A model generated the notes under the pieces. It saw nothing but the letters and a program-made list of their open reading frames with translations. It did no database searches and was not told the DNA's origin. A DNA stretch of 64,000 nucleotides from Mobula hypostoma (lineage: Eukaryota): positions 74,712,001 to 74,776,000 of the forward strand of contig NC_086108.1 in NCBI RefSeq assembly GCF_963921235.1. The letters are read 5' to 3'. The translations under genes were made by a program, and so were the position numbers. Numbering within the stretch: position 1 is the first letter of the stretch; each line of letters opens with the position of its first letter. Positions 62,560 through 64,000 of the stretch are shown in pieces.

Positions 62560-63600
62560 GTGGGAGGTTCATATTCTGCATGGCGACGGTGGCCAATGGG
62601 GTTCCACAGGGATCTGTTCTGGGACACCTCCTCCTTGTGATTTTTATAAGTGACCTGGATAAGGAAGTAGAAAGGTGGGTGAGTAAGTTTGTTGATGATA
62701 CAAAAGTTGGCTGTGTTGTGGTTAGTCTGGAGGGTTGCCAGAGGTTACAGCGAGACATCGATAGGATGCAGAACTGGGCTGAGAAATGAAGGATGGGGTT
62801 CAATCCAAGATAAGTGTGAAGTGGTTCATTTCAACAGGCCAAATTTGAAGACAGAATACAATATTAATGGTAAGACTCTTGGAAGTGTGGAAGATTAGTG
62901 AAATATTGGGGTTCTTGTCCATAGGACATTCAAAGCTGCTGCGCAAGTTGACAGTGTTGTTAAGAAGGCAAATGGTATGTTGGCCTTCATCAACTGTGGG
63001 ATTGAACTCAAGGGTCATGAGGTAATGTTACAGCTATATAAGACCTTAGTTAGACCTCATTTGGAGTACAGTGTTCAGTTCTGGCCACCTCATTACAGAA
63101 AGGATGTGGATACTTTTGAGAGAGTGCAGAGGAGATTTACAAGGATGTTGCCTGGATTGGAGAGCAGGCCTTATGACAATAGGTTGAGTGAATTTGGCCT
63201 TTTCTCTCTGGAATGACAGAGGATGAGAGGTGACCTGATAGAGGTGTATAAAATGATGAGAGGCATTGACTGTGTGCATAGCCGAAGGTTTTTTCCCAGG
63301 GCTGAAATGGCTAGCAGCAAGGGGGCATAGTTTTAAGGTCTTGGAAGTAGGTACAAGGGGAATGTCAGAGGTACATTTTTCACACAGAGACTGGTGGGTG
63401 TGGTGAATGCACTGCCAGTGATAGTGGTAGAGGTAAATACAGTAGTGTTTTTTAAGAGACTCTTAGATAGGTACATGGAACTTGGAAAAATAGAGTGCTA
63501 TGCGGTAGGGGAATTCTAGGCAGCTTCTAGTATAGGTTACATGGTCAACACAATGTTGTGGGCTAAAGAGCCTGTAATGTGCTGTAGATTTTCTATGTTT
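62560..63600 (+). mobile_element. CR1 LINE 3' 1 kb
   Basis: GVPQGSVLGHLL, FVDDTKVG, LVRPHLEYSVQFW, ERVQRRFTRMLPGL; 3' UTR to tttctatgttt. Confidence 0.92.
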
Positions 63601-64000
63601 ATCCTGAGAGCCAACAGAAAAATCAAGACTATCCCAAATTTGGTTTTTCTAATAACCCGTAAAATTTTAAAGTATACTTCACTTTGAAATAATGAAATGT
63701 TTACAAATGCAGATTGAATTCCAATAGTCATAGTTAGTAATAACTTCACATTGATAGGGAAATGCTGTGAACAATATGCAGCAAGATGACAACACTTGCA
63801 TTTTTGCATTTCATAGTGTTAGCCTTCTCTTTGTAAAATGTTATAATCCTATGTGACAGTTTGCCTTAATCTCCACTCTTTTGCTTAACTGTTGATTGTC
63901 CTTTGCATACATCAGTGGTAGAGAAATTAACAGAGAGGGTTCTTAGTGATAAGATTTGCTGACGTTTGGAAAGTATGGACTACAGGTGTATTGTAGAGAG

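Noticed and set aside
1..64000. CRISPR arrays, rRNA, true tRNA genes or bacterial-type defence systems
   Set aside because: None seen. tRNA-like boxes occur only as SINE heads and an LTR primer-binding site.

Overview
Vertebrate genomic DNA, AT-rich and repeat-dominated. The repeat set (CR1/L3 LINEs, Rex1/Babar LINEs, V-SINEs, Deu-domain SINE relics, Neptune-type Penelope elements) points to a cartilaginous fish, probably a ray (inference). The only host-gene sequence I can support is the last coding exon of PLPP3/PPAP2B (10079-10198, + strand, absent from the ORF track) plus its roughly 0.8 kb TE-free 3' UTR. Bases 1-10078 are therefore likely the last intron, and about 11.1-64 kb is intergenic. 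The rest is nested transposon sequence. It includes a young Penelope element with an open RT/GIY-YIG frame and an intact minimal hammerhead ribozyme, a 211-bp hairpin Penelope mini-element, four clear solo LTRs with TSDs plus one weaker candidate, a CsRn1-type Gypsy fragment, an IR/DR Tc1, an R4/Dong LINE in a (TAA)n tract, two short RTE-derived elements, a palindrome built from mariner 3' ends, and a Buster/Charlie hAT fragment. I found no CRISPR array or prokaryotic system and no clearly new host system. The best leads are the ribozyme-bearing Penelope derivatives and the odd non-autonomous elements. All family calls are by eye from motif recall. Boundaries without TSDs are approximate.
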